64,000 nucleotides of DNA from contig CAVLDN010000004.1 in assembly GCA_963661975.1 (NCBI GenBank), positions 5,045-69,044 of the forward strand. Reading direction: 5' to 3'. Positions 8,380 through 17,986 of the stretch are shown here, in pieces (within the stretch, counting starts at the first letter, position 1; the number at the start of each line of letters is the position of its first letter). Both the position numbers and the translations under genes were made by a program. Source of the DNA: a bacterium (GTDB lineage Bacteria; Bacillota; Clostridia; Oscillospirales; CAG-382). The notes under the pieces were generated by a model that was not told the origin of the DNA, did not search any database, and saw nothing but the letters and a program-made list of their open reading frames with translations.

Positions 8380-9003
8380 ATGCACAGAATTATTACTATC
8401 GGGCGTCAATATGCTTCGGGCGGTTCTCAGATCGGGAGCCGTTTATCCGAGCTCATGGGAATTCCGTGTTACGACCGCGAAGTGCTTGTGGCTATCGCCG
8501 AAAAGCACGGCATCCCGCGTGAAACATTCGAAAAAGCGGATGAGCAGGCTACATCAAGCTTCCTTTATTCGCTTGCCATGTCCGCTTATAACGGGGGTCT
8601 TTCCGCCTTCGGCACGAATGACCACATTATCACCGATCGCGTTTTCAGCATTCAATCCGAGGAAATGAAACGCCTTGCTTCGGAGGGCGACTGCATTTTT
8701 GTCGGCCGTTGTGCGGATGATGTTCTTGCGCCGTTTGATAAGGTACTCAATGTGTTCGTATACGCCTCAAATGAGGAACGCATCAAAGCCATAATGCGTC
8801 TGGACAATCTTGATGAGCAGTCGGCAAGAAAGCTTATAAACCGTTCCGACAAGAAGCGGGCTTCCTATTATAACTTTTACACCGGCAAAACCTGGGGCGA
8901 TGCGAAGAATTATCATCTCACGATCGATTCCGGTGCGCTTGATGTGGAGGGGACGGCGCAGATCATCAAATCGTTCGCCGATATGTACTTTTCCGAAAAA
9001 TAA
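8380..9003 (+). CDS. cytidylate kinase-like family protein
   Basis: MHRIITIGRQYASGGSQIGSRLSELMGIPCYDREVL is the typical N-terminus of the cytidylate-kinase-like P-loop family. AGGAG RBS. Confidence 0.7.
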   Translation: MHRIITIGRQYASGGSQIGSRLSELMGIPCYDREVLVAIAEKHGIPRETFEKADEQATSSFLYSLAMSAYNGGLSAFGTNDHIITDRVFSIQSEEMKRLASEGDCIFVGRCADDVLAPFDKVLNVFVYASNEERIKAIMRLDNLDEQSARKLINRSDKKRASYYNFYTGKTWGDAKNYHLTIDSGALDVEGTAQIIKSFADMYFSEK

Positions 9004-9054
9004 AAACCGTGCCCGAAAGGGCACAGGCTATTTAGGCAGGTGGCAATACTAAAA

Positions 9055-9078
9055 GGGCAGCAATTATGCTGCCCTTTT
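9055..9078. terminator. bidirectional rho-independent terminator
   Basis: GGGCAGC-aattat-GCTGCCC flanked by AAAA upstream and TTTTGTTTT downstream. It sits between two convergent genes. Confidence 0.7.
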
Positions 9079-9095
9079 GTTTTGCGCATTTTCGA

Positions 9096-10229
9096 TTACT
9101 GCTGAGCGAAGTGAACGATGCACTTTTCGGTATCCTTATCGAAGAGGTGGATACGGGTGGTATCGACCGCGATTTCGATTTCGTCTCCGGCTTTTGCCGT
9201 GGACTGTGAGGAAACACGGGAGATAAGGCTGGTTTCTTCGCCGATGTTGAGGTAAAGATAAATCTCGGCACCCATAAGTTCGGTGAATTCGACACGCGCC
9301 TTGATGGTGGTATCCTTGAACTTATCTTTATATACAGCTTCGTCATGGAGCAGTTCGGGGCGCAGACCCGCGATAACTTCCTTGCCGACATAATCGGAAA
9401 GGTTGTTGTCTTCGAAAACGGCCGGATCAAGCTTGAAGCTGATGTTGTCGAATTCGAGGAAACAGTCGTTCTGACCCTTGGGCTTGGTGATCTTCGCGTT
9501 GACGAAGTTCATCTGCGGAGTTCCGATAAAGCCCGCAACGAATATATTGCAGGGATAATCGTAAAGATTCTGCGGGGTATCGACCTGTTGAATGATACCG
9601 TCCTTCATAACAACGATACGGGTAGCCATGGTCATAGCTTCGACCTGGTCGTGAGTAACGTAAATGAAGGTTGTCTGCAGCTTCTGATGGAGCTTGGTGA
9701 GCTCGGATCTCATGGATGCACGAAGCTTTGCGTCGAGGTTGGAGAGCGGTTCGTCGAGAAGGAAGACCTTCGGTTCGCGGACTATTGCACGACCGAGAGC
9801 GACACGCTGCTTCTGACCGCCGGACAGAGCCTTCGGCTTTCTGTCGAGCAGGTGGGTGATATCAAGTATTCTCGCGGCTTCTTCGACGCGGCGCTTGATT
9901 TCTTCTTTTCTGACCTTGCGGAGCTTAAGACCAAAAGCCATATTTTCGAATACCGACATATGCGGATAAAGAGCGTAGTTCTGGAACACCATCGCTATAT
10001 CTCTGTCCTTGGGGGCGACGTCGTTGACGCGCTTGTTGTCGATGTAAAGTTCGCCTTCCGTGATTTCTTCGAGGCCTGCGATCATACGGAGCGTAGTTGT
10101 TTTACCGCATCCGGAAGGACCTACGAGTATTACGAATTCCTTATCTTTGATTTCCAGACAGAAATCGGAAACGGCAGTTACGCCGCCGGGGAATCTTTTG
10201 TAAATGTGCTTAAACGATACACTTGCCAT
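9096..10229 (-). CDS. sugar-type ABC transporter ATP-binding protein (MsmK/MalK/UgpC family)
   Basis: Trimmed to ATG 10229 (GGAGG RBS). Walker [10 protein letters not shown], signature LSGGQKQR, Walker B FLLDEPLS, and a C-terminal TOBE-like regulatory domain. Confidence 0.9.
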   Translation of the reverse strand: MASVSFKHIYKRFPGGVTAVSDFCLEIKDKEFVILVGPSGCGKTTTLRMIAGLEEITEGELYIDNKRVNDVAPKDRDIAMVFQNYALYPHMSVFENMAFGLKLRKVRKEEIKRRVEEAARILDITHLLDRKPKALSGGQKQRVALGRAIVREPKVFLLDEPLSNLDAKLRASMRSELTKLHQKLQTTFIYVTHDQVEAMTMATRIVVMKDGIIQQVDTPQNLYDYPCNIFVAGFIGTPQMNFVNAKITKPKGQNDCFLEFDNISFKLDPAVFEDNNLSDYVGKEVIAGLRPELLHDEAVYKDKFKDTTIKARVEFTELMGAEIYLYLNIGEETSLISRVSSQSTAKAGDEIEIAVDTTRIHLFDKDTEKCIVHFAQQ

Positions 10230-10479
10230 TTGGAACCTCCATATGAGGGTTTGCCTCATTTTCTAACATCATATATATTACCAAAAAAATCGCGGAAATA
10301 AAAGTGATTATTTACCCAAAATTTTACCCGTCGGTTTATGAATATTGCATAATAATTACGCCTCGCGGCGATAGCAGCGAACAAATTCCTCGCCTCGGGG
10401 GCGATGAAATATCGCCCGCGATGATCCTGCCTCCGCACACAAAAACAGTCGTGCGGACACCGCCGAAGGAATGGTTATA

Positions 10480-12393
10480 TTAACTTTCCGATTCGATAAA
10501 GGCTTCGAGCTCCATAAGCTCTTCGTAAAGCGCTTCGGATCTTTTTTCGGCTTCCGACTGCTTTTCGTAAAGTTCGGACACCGCTTTATAATCGCTGATC
10601 ACGCTTTCGCTTTCAAGCCGGGCTCGTATCGAGGCTAAAAGCTTGTCACATTCCGCGATTTCGGATTCCAGCTTTTCGTATCTGTTTTTTGCAGAGCGGA
10701 AGCGGTTTTTCTTTTGCTTGGCTTCCTCGTAAGAAAGCTTGCCCGTTCCCGTTTGAGCGCCGTCGGCGGGGGCGGGATCGGCCGCTATGCGGAGCCGTGT
10801 GTATTCTTCGTATCCGCATTTGTAAATTCTGTAATCGACTTTGCCTGTCTGCGGTGCTATTTCGAGTATCTCGTTTGCAAGCTCGCGAATAAAGTATCTG
10901 TCATGTGAAACGCAGAGTATCGTTCCGTCATATTGCGCGAGTGCTTCGCCGAGCATTTCGCGAGAGGCTATGTCAAGGTGGTTTGTCGGTTCGTCAAGAA
11001 CAAGCAGACTTACACCGCAGGAGACCATTTTCGCGACGGAAAGCCTTGCACGTTCGCCGCCGCTCAAAACCGAAACGGATTTGAAAACATCATTTCCGTA
11101 AAAGCCGAACCGTGCAAGCAGCGAACGGATCTCGGTGGCTGTACTGCCAGAATAAACGCTCCATATCTCGTCAATAACTGTATTTGATTGTGTAAGTAGC
11201 TGTTGCTCCTGATCGTAATAGCCGATAGTTTGATTATATCCAGGCTCGACAACGCCCGAAAGCTGTTTCAGCCTGCCCGTGATTATCTTCATCAGAGTGG
11301 ATTTTCCGCTTCCGTTTGCGCCGACGACAAACATTCTGTCACCACGGCGCAGTTCAAATGAAAGATCGTCGAAAAGTCGCCTGCCGGGATATCCGGCCGA
11401 AAGCGAACGCACGGACAAAACTCTTTCGGAACGTGAGCCGGATCCCGCTATGGAAAAGCTTATGCCTTTTTCGGGGGCCTTCGGCTTTTCCAGCTTTTCC
11501 ATTTTATCAATGGTTTTCTGGCGGCTCTCGGCTGCTCTGATATTCTTTTCGCGGTTCCATTTGCGCTGGTTTTCGATGAATGCTTCAAGGCGTGCTATTT
11601 CGCGCTGCTGAAGTTCATAATGCTTTGCCGCAGCTGCATCGAGCGCTTTCTTTTTTTCGCGGTATACGGAATAGCTGCCGCTGTATATCGTTGAAACCCC
11701 GTGTGAGATTTCAAGTGTCCGGTCGGTGATTTTATCAAGAAAGTATCTGTCGTGCGAGATGATGAGAAATGTCTTTTTGGAAGAGGCTATGTAGTTTTCA
11801 AGCCACTCACAGGCATTGAAATCAAGGTGGTTTGTTGGCTCGTCAAGAAGCAGTATATCCGGTTCGGAAAGGATCATCCGTGCCATTAGCAGCTTTGTTT
11901 TTTCGCCGCCGCTCAGAAGATCGGCATTTTCGTGCCGCATTGCTTCGTCAAAGCCGAATTTTTCGAGCAGGGAAGCGGTTTTGGCGCGGAATTCGTTTCC
12001 GCCGCGGGTGTTAAACCGTTCAACCGCTTCGGTATACGCTTTTATAACCGTTTCGTCGCCGGAACTCATGCGTTCGGATAAACGCGCTATCTCGTTTTCA
12101 AGCACTATAAGATCCGAAAAAGCGCCGACCGCGGCTTCAAAAACGGTCGAGCCGAACCGGTGTGCATCATTGATCTGTTCGAGTATCCCGACGGTCGCAC
12201 CAACGGAAATATAAACACTTCCGGATGTGGGTTCGGAGGTTCCGGCAATGATTGAAAACAGCGTGGATTTGCCCGCGCCGTTTACCCCGATAACACCTAT
12301 TTTATCGCCTTTGTTCACGGAAAAAGAAATGTTTTCGAGAACGACATCGTTTCCGTATGCTTTTCCGATGCCGTCGCAGACTATAATGCTCAT
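10480..12393 (-). CDS. ABC-F family ATPase (two ABC domains, no TM; translation-factor type)
   Basis: Trimmed to ATG 12393. Two Walker A sites (GVNGAGKST, GANGSGKST), two LSGGE signatures, an inter-domain linker and a K/E-rich C-terminal coiled coil. Confidence 0.85.
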   Translation of the reverse strand: MSIIVCDGIGKAYGNDVVLENISFSVNKGDKIGVIGVNGAGKSTLFSIIAGTSEPTSGSVYISVGATVGILEQINDAHRFGSTVFEAAVGAFSDLIVLENEIARLSERMSSGDETVIKAYTEAVERFNTRGGNEFRAKTASLLEKFGFDEAMRHENADLLSGGEKTKLLMARMILSEPDILLLDEPTNHLDFNACEWLENYIASSKKTFLIISHDRYFLDKITDRTLEISHGVSTIYSGSYSVYREKKKALDAAAAKHYELQQREIARLEAFIENQRKWNREKNIRAAESRQKTIDKMEKLEKPKAPEKGISFSIAGSGSRSERVLSVRSLSAGYPGRRLFDDLSFELRRGDRMFVVGANGSGKSTLMKIITGRLKQLSGVVEPGYNQTIGYYDQEQQLLTQSNTVIDEIWSVYSGSTATEIRSLLARFGFYGNDVFKSVSVLSGGERARLSVAKMVSCGVSLLVLDEPTNHLDIASREMLGEALAQYDGTILCVSHDRYFIRELANEILEIAPQTGKVDYRIYKCGYEEYTRLRIAADPAPADGAQTGTGKLSYEEAKQKKNRFRSAKNRYEKLESEIAECDKLLASIRARLESESVISDYKAVSELYEKQSEAEKRSEALYEELMELEAFIESES

Positions 12394-12612
12394 AATTAAA
12401 CCTCTCTTATTATTTATAGCACAAACGGCATGAAAAGTCAATTGCCGCGTAAAAACGGCGGCGATCGTAAATGCTATATCCGGGTTATTCAGAAAAATCC
12501 GATCGAATCCCGGCGGACAGCGCCGATTATTACAAGTAACAGTGCGATTATGTCGATTTTCATTCGAATTTTTCCTCGTCGTTATTTTGTGCAGCTTTCG
12601 GGCAAATATACA

Positions 12613-12641
12613 TTGACAACTTTTTATTCTGCGGTTATTAT
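12613..12641 (+). promoter_or_regulatory. sigA-type promoter of trmB
   Basis: TTGACA-17 nt-TATTAT, located 37 nt upstream of ATG 12678. Confidence 0.6.
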
Positions 12642-12677
12642 AAAAAAGGAAAATACAAAATCACGGGGGATGATGAT

Positions 12678-13325
12678 ATGAGAATGCGCCCGAAGAAAAA
12701 CAGAGATATAAGGATGGAGAGAGTAAGCGGTCTTCTGATGCCGATGAATGCCGAAGGATATATTGATACCATAACGGCTTTTCCGGCGGGGGGCGAACTT
12801 TATCTTGAAATCGGGTGCGGAAAAGGCTCGTTTATAGACGGACTTTCCGAACAATACCCGGAAAAGTGCCTTATCGCAATGGAACTTGTTCCCGATGTGC
12901 TGATGATGGCTATGGAAAGAGTGCAGCGCTCCGGCGGGAAAAATGTGCGTTTTATTCAGGGAAATGCCGATAAAATATCGGAAATCATCCCGGAAGGCTC
13001 CGTTTCGCGGCTTTTTCTTAATTTTTCCGACCCGTGGCCGAAAAAGCGCAACGCAAAGAGACGGCTTACGAGCCCGCTGTTCCTCGAGGAATACAAAAAA
13101 ATACTTGCCCCGGAGGGCAAGATATTTTTCAAGACCGATAACAAGGGCCTGTTTGATTATTCACTCGAAACATTTTTCGCCTGCGGCTATAAAATAACGG
13201 AAGTGAGCTTCGATCTGCATTCCGATCCGGTTTTGTCATCAGGAAATATCGAAACCGAATACGAAAGAAACTTTTCCGCAAAAGGCTTCAAGATAAACTA
13301 TCTTTCTGCGGAGCTGCGCCGATAG
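12678..13325 (+). CDS. trmB: tRNA (guanine46-N7)-methyltransferase
   Basis: Motifs LEIGCGKGSF and FLNFSDPWPKKR(N/H)xKRRL are characteristic of TrmB. Confidence 0.9.
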   Translation: MRMRPKKNRDIRMERVSGLLMPMNAEGYIDTITAFPAGGELYLEIGCGKGSFIDGLSEQYPEKCLIAMELVPDVLMMAMERVQRSGGKNVRFIQGNADKISEIIPEGSVSRLFLNFSDPWPKKRNAKRRLTSPLFLEEYKKILAPEGKIFFKTDNKGLFDYSLETFFACGYKITEVSFDLHSDPVLSSGNIETEYERNFSAKGFKINYLSAELRR

Positions 13326-14769
13326 CTTCGCGCACGACATCGCGTTCGTCAAAGTGGTATTTCACTCCCTCGATCTCCTCATAAAGCTCGTGCCCTTTGC
13401 CGATAAGCAGAACAACATCGCCCTTTCCGGCTTCGGACAGGGCTTTTTTTATTGCCTCCGCACGGTCGGGGACAATGATATATTTGCCGTCCGTGCGCGA
13501 CATTCCGACAAGAATATCCTTTATTATATCATCAATGCTTTCGTATCGCGGATTATCGGAGGTTATTATCGAAAGGTCGGAATTTCTGCCGATAACTTCG
13601 CCCATCGAATATCGGCGAAGCCTGGAACGGTTTCCCCCGCAGCCGAAAACGGAAATGATGCGGTTCGGTTTATAAAGCCTTATCGTTTCGAAAAGCGTTT
13701 TAACGCTGTATTCGTTGTGGGCAAAATCTATAATCACCGTATAATCCATACTGGTGGGGACTATTTCCATCCTGCCTTTTACAAACGCAGAGTGAAGACC
13801 GGTTTGTATTTCTTCATAGGATATCCCGTCCTGCCGTGCGGCGGCTATCGCGGAAACTGCATTGTAAAGCGAAAAATAGCCCGGGGCAGTGATCTCCACT
13901 CGGTGGTCACAGCCGTGTTCGCTGCAGGTGAAGGTCGTCAGAAGCCGGTTGCCATGTATGCCGAATTCCGGTCCGGAAAACGAATAATCGGCGCTCTCAT
14001 CCTTGCCGTATGTGATGATCGGGCATTTGGCGCCGTCGGTTATACGGGTGAAAAATTCGCAGTCCGCGTTGACGATCATGCGGCCGCTCTGCGTGAAAAT
14101 GCGCTTCTTGCAATTGAGGTAATCATCGAAATCGCGGTGTTCCGCTGCGCCTATATGGTCGGGCGAAAGGTTCGTGAAGATGCCCGTGGAAAAACGAATG
14201 CCGTATGTGCGGTGAAGCATAAAGCCCTGCGAGGTTGCTTCGATTATTGCGGTGTCACAGCCGTCCTCGACCATTTCGGCAAAATATTTGTGGAGCAGAT
14301 AGGATTCGGGGGTGGAATTTTCGTTTTCGAAAAATTTGCTGCCGATATATGTGCCGGTTGTTCCGATAACGCCGACTTTTCTTCCGGCGGCCTCATATAT
14401 GCTTTTCAGCATGAAGGAAGTGCTTGTTTTTCCCTTTGTCCCCGTAAGCGCGATTATATTCAGCTTTTCCGCGGGGTTGCCGAAGAAGTTGGCACTTGCG
14501 AGCGCAAGCAGAATTCTGGTATTTTCTACCTTTATAATAATTGCATCTGCGGGCAGGGAAATGTCCTTTTCGGCGGCGAACACCCGCGCACCGCGTGAAT
14601 AGGCGTTTTCGGCAAAGTTGTGACCGTCCGCCTGAAAACCGGTTATGCACACGAAAAGAGAGCCGGGAATAACCTTTCGCGAATCGTATACGACATCTGC
14701 GATCTCAACCGAACTGTCGTAATGCTCTGCGGTGAAATCAATATTCTTCATTATTTGTCCGAGCTTCAT
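13288..14769 (-). CDS. murE: UDP-N-acetylmuramoyl-L-alanyl-D-glutamate--2,6-diaminopimelate ligase
   Basis: Trimmed to ATG 14769 (GGAGGATG RBS). Mur ligase P-loop TGTKGKTST and the DNPR motif in SIITSDNPRYE, consistent with meso-DAP-type MurE. Confidence 0.9.
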   Translation of the reverse strand: MKLGQIMKNIDFTAEHYDSSVEIADVVYDSRKVIPGSLFVCITGFQADGHNFAENAYSRGARVFAAEKDISLPADAIIIKVENTRILLALASANFFGNPAEKLNIIALTGTKGKTSTSFMLKSIYEAAGRKVGVIGTTGTYIGSKFFENENSTPESYLLHKYFAEMVEDGCDTAIIEATSQGFMLHRTYGIRFSTGIFTNLSPDHIGAAEHRDFDDYLNCKKRIFTQSGRMIVNADCEFFTRITDGAKCPIITYGKDESADYSFSGPEFGIHGNRLLTTFTCSEHGCDHRVEITAPGYFSLYNAVSAIAAARQDGISYEEIQTGLHSAFVKGRMEIVPTSMDYTVIIDFAHNEYSVKTLFETIRLYKPNRIISVFGCGGNRSRLRRYSMGEVIGRNSDLSIITSDNPRYESIDDIIKDILVGMSRTDGKYIIVPDRAEAIKKALSEAGKGDVVLLIGKGHELYEEIEGVKYHFDERDVVREAIGAAPQKDSLS

Positions 14770-14927
14770 CGTGCATCCTCCGTTTTTGCAAGAGTAATCA
14801 TCACTGCATATTATATCACAAATGCATCGGTTTTCAATATGCAAAACGAATTTTTTGATTTGCCCGCGCAGGTTTTCGCGCATATGGACGGCTGCGAAAA
14901 AAAAAACAATTTTTTTGCTTTGCATAC

Positions 14928-14956
14928 TTGTTAAACGCGGAATAGTGTGGTATTAT
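14928..14956 (+). promoter_or_regulatory. sigA-type promoter
   Basis: TTGTTA-17 nt-TATTAT with TGn extended -10. Confidence 0.55.
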
Positions 14957-14996
14957 ATACAAAAACACGGCGCTTTACGCCGCTTCGAGGGACATA

Positions 14997-15581
14997 GTGA
15001 ACAACGGTTTTTTTGCAATGCTATTCAGAATGAAGCATATCGAGCGATGGGGAATAATGAATTCCCTTATTCCCGACAGGCTGTCCGTTCATTCGCTTGA
15101 GGTAGGTTTCCTTGCCCATGCACTTTGTGAGCTCGGCAATTCCCGTCTCGGCAAAAGCTATGATACCGATCACATCACCGTCAAGGCAATATTTCATGAT
15201 GTGCCGGAAATTTTCACCGGAGATATTCCGACACCGGTAAAGTATTTCAGCGAAGAAACACGCATTGCATACTCCAAGGTGGAGGATGCCTCCGTTAAGA
15301 AGCTTACGGCAATGCTGCCGCAGGATCTGAAAGACGATTACGAAGAACTCTTTGTATATTCGGAAGAAGAAAGAGTTATCATCAAAGCGGCGGACAGAAT
15401 ATCCGCGTATATCAAATGTTTGGAAGAAAAGCGTTACGGCAATACCGAATTCGACATTGCCGGCAGGCGTCTTTCGGATGCCATTACCGCGATGAATTGC
15501 GCTGAGGCGGATATTTTTCTCGGCGAATTTATGGAGGCATACGGTCTTCCGATTGATTCCATACTCAACGAAAATCAATAA
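14997..15581 (+). CDS. HD-domain 5'-deoxynucleotidase (YfbR-like)
   Basis: GTG start with a GAGGGA RBS. RMKHIERWGIMNS...SVHSLEV...HDVPEIFTGDIPTP matches the YfbR-type HD phosphohydrolase pattern. Confidence 0.75.
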   Translation: MNNGFFAMLFRMKHIERWGIMNSLIPDRLSVHSLEVGFLAHALCELGNSRLGKSYDTDHITVKAIFHDVPEIFTGDIPTPVKYFSEETRIAYSKVEDASVKKLTAMLPQDLKDDYEELFVYSEEERVIIKAADRISAYIKCLEEKRYGNTEFDIAGRRLSDAITAMNCAEADIFLGEFMEAYGLPIDSILNENQ

Positions 15582-15613
15582 TATAACTCAAAATCAAAGA
15601 GAGGTACCTACCT

Positions 15614-16405
15614 ATGAAAATCGGTCTTATTTCCGATTCCTTCCGCCTCGGCTTCGAGGACAGCATCAGAGCCGCTTCCAAGCTCGGTGTAAGCGGTGTA
15701 CAGAAGTACATGACATTCGGTGATTTCACCGCCGATACGCTTACTCCTTCCCGCGTTAAGGAAGTTAAGGATTTTATGGAATCCAACGGTCTTATCTTCT
15801 CGGCTATCTGCGGCGACTTCGGCATGGATCTCGATAACGATATGGTTGTCGATCTTTCCAAGCGCGTTCTCGAAAAAGCCAAAGAGCTCGGCTGCAATAT
15901 CGTGACAACGCATATCGGTCACCTTTATCTTGAAGAAGATGCAAGACTTGAAAAAATGAGAAAGAACGCAAGCGAACTTGCCGCTTTTGCGGACAGCATC
16001 GGTTCCGTGTTCGCTGCCGAAACCGGCACCGAAAAGGCACCCGTGCTCAAAGCGTTCCTCGATTCTCTCGGCGCAAAGGGGCTTCGTGTTAATTTCGACC
16101 CGGCAAACCTTGTCATGGTCGCCGGCGACGATCCAGTAAAAGCCGTTTATGTGCTCCGCGATTATATCGTTCATACCCACGCGAAGGACGGTATCAAGAC
16201 AGGTGATACCACATGGCTTGAACTCCCGCTCGGCAAGGGCGGCGTCGATTTCGATAAGTACCTCGGCGCTCTCAACGACATCGGCTATAAGGGGTATCTC
16301 ACCATCGAACGCGAAGTAGGCGACAACCCTGCGGACGATATCGGCATGGCAGTCGAATTCCTCAAAGAAAAACTCATCAAGGTCGGCATTCCGCTTGACA
16401 GATAA
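15614..16405 (+). CDS. sugar phosphate isomerase/epimerase (xylose-isomerase-like TIM barrel)
   Basis: 263 aa. RVNFDPANL and HTHAKDG motifs are typical of AP-endonuclease-2/xylose-isomerase-like TIM barrels. Confidence 0.7.
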   Translation: MKIGLISDSFRLGFEDSIRAASKLGVSGVQKYMTFGDFTADTLTPSRVKEVKDFMESNGLIFSAICGDFGMDLDNDMVVDLSKRVLEKAKELGCNIVTTHIGHLYLEEDARLEKMRKNASELAAFADSIGSVFAAETGTEKAPVLKAFLDSLGAKGLRVNFDPANLVMVAGDDPVKAVYVLRDYIVHTHAKDGIKTGDTTWLELPLGKGGVDFDKYLGALNDIGYKGYLTIEREVGDNPADDIGMAVEFLKEKLIKVGIPLDR

Positions 16406-16437
16406 TTACCTGCCGGCTTTTTGGTCGGAGAAATGAT

Positions 16438-17943
16438 ATGTCAAAAAGGATAAAAGTATTTGATACCACCCTGCGCGACGGCGAACAGATGCCCGGAGTC
16501 AATTTCGGTGTATGCGATAAGCTCAATATCGCGCTCGCGCTGGAAGCTGCGGGTGTAGATATTATAGAAGCGGGCTTTCCCGCCGCATCGGCTGATGAAT
16601 TCACCGCTGTTACGCGCATATCGGAAAATATATCAGCTTCGGTTATTGCCGCACTTGCACGAGCGGATATAAATGATATTGATATTGCCCTTTCCGCGCT
16701 TGCGAAAGCAAAAAAACCTTTGCTGCATATTTTTATCGCCGCAAGCGATATACATTTGCAGCATAAGCTGCACCTTACGCGTTCCGAATTGCTCGAACGC
16801 GTGAGTGAAGTGGTTTCTTACGCTTCGCAGCGTATCGAGAATATTGAATTCTCGGCAGAGGATGCAAGCAGGTCCGATCCCGAATTTCTTCTTTCGGTTT
16901 ATAAAACCGCAGTTGAGTGCGGCGCGAAAATCGTGAACATCCCCGACACTGTCGGTTATGCCACACCCTGCGAATTCGGCAGGCTTGTTAAGTATCTGTG
17001 CGATGGACTTCCCGGTATCCCTGTATCGGTTCATTGTCACAACGATCTCGGCCTTGCCGCGGCAAACACACTTGCGGCGCTGAAAGCAGGTGCGGTTCAG
17101 TTTGACTGTACCGTGAACGGTATCGGCGAGCGCGCCGGCAATGCCGCGCTTGAAGAAATCATCATGGCGTTGAAAACGCGCATTGATGAATTTCAATGCG
17201 AGACAGGTGTTAAGACAGAATGCTTTTCCAAGCTTTCCGCCACGGTGGCTTCGCTTGCGGGCTATTATCTGCCGCCGAACAAGCCCGTTGTCGGCAAGAA
17301 CGCATTTGCGCACGAATCCGGAATACACCAACATGGTGTCCTCAACGACAGGCGTACATACGAGATAATGGATCCCGAATCCGTCGGCATCAAGCAAAGC
17401 AGCATTATACTCGGGAAGCTTTCCGGGAGCCATGCTTTTGAGGAAAAACTCAAAGAACTCGATATTCACTATGGAAGCGAGATCACAAAAGCCGCCTTCA
17501 AGGCTTTTAAGGATCTTGCCTGCCGTAAGGCCGATGTCACGGATGATGATATCCGCGCCCTTGTGGATGAAGCTGCATTCGATGCAAGGATAGTAAACGG
17601 GTATGAGCTCGAATCCTATCAGACTCAAAGCGGTGATCATTGCAAGGCAATGGCACTTATCACGCTTTCACGCGAAGGAAAATCGTTTACCGAAGCCGCT
17701 GCGGGAGAAGGCCCCATAGATGCCTGCTTCAATGCTCTTAACCGCATTGTGGGCAGAGATTTCCGATTAATCAACTACGGTATCAAATCGGTTACCGGCG
17801 GGACGGATGCTCTCGGGGAGGTGCGGGTAAAGATATCCGACTCCGCGGGCGAATATTCCGGCAAAGGTGTGGCCACCGATATCATTAAATCAAGTATAAA
17901 GGCGTATATCAACGCCGTAAACAGAGCTATGTTTATCGACTGA
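16438..17943 (+). CDS. leuA: 2-isopropylmalate synthase family (LeuA; citramalate synthase not excluded)
   Basis: N-terminus IKVFDTTLRDGEQ, HxH metal site VHCHNDLGLA, and a C-terminal LeuA-type regulatory domain. Confidence 0.8.
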   Translation: MSKRIKVFDTTLRDGEQMPGVNFGVCDKLNIALALEAAGVDIIEAGFPAASADEFTAVTRISENISASVIAALARADINDIDIALSALAKAKKPLLHIFIAASDIHLQHKLHLTRSELLERVSEVVSYASQRIENIEFSAEDASRSDPEFLLSVYKTAVECGAKIVNIPDTVGYATPCEFGRLVKYLCDGLPGIPVSVHCHNDLGLAAANTLAALKAGAVQFDCTVNGIGERAGNAALEEIIMALKTRIDEFQCETGVKTECFSKLSATVASLAGYYLPPNKPVVGKNAFAHESGIHQHGVLNDRRTYEIMDPESVGIKQSSIILGKLSGSHAFEEKLKELDIHYGSEITKAAFKAFKDLACRKADVTDDDIRALVDEAAFDARIVNGYELESYQTQSGDHCKAMALITLSREGKSFTEAAAGEGPIDACFNALNRIVGRDFRLINYGIKSVTGGTDALGEVRVKISDSAGEYSGKGVATDIIKSSIKAYINAVNRAMFID

Positions 17944-17986
17944 AAAGTCGGTTGCATATACAAATCTAAAATCAGGAGAGAAACGA

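Noticed and set aside
10256-10438. A 60-aa minus-strand ORF between the ABC-F gene and the MsmK-like ATPase gene.
   Set aside because: It overlaps the ATPase promoter/leader region. It has no RBS, and its basic, low-complexity sequence looks like noise.
14895-14920. An A10-CAA-T7 tract between murE and the HD-nucleotidase gene, as a possible hairpin or terminator.
   Set aside because: The pairing is pure A/T with negligible stability. It lies in a divergent promoter region, where AT-rich UP-like sequence is expected.
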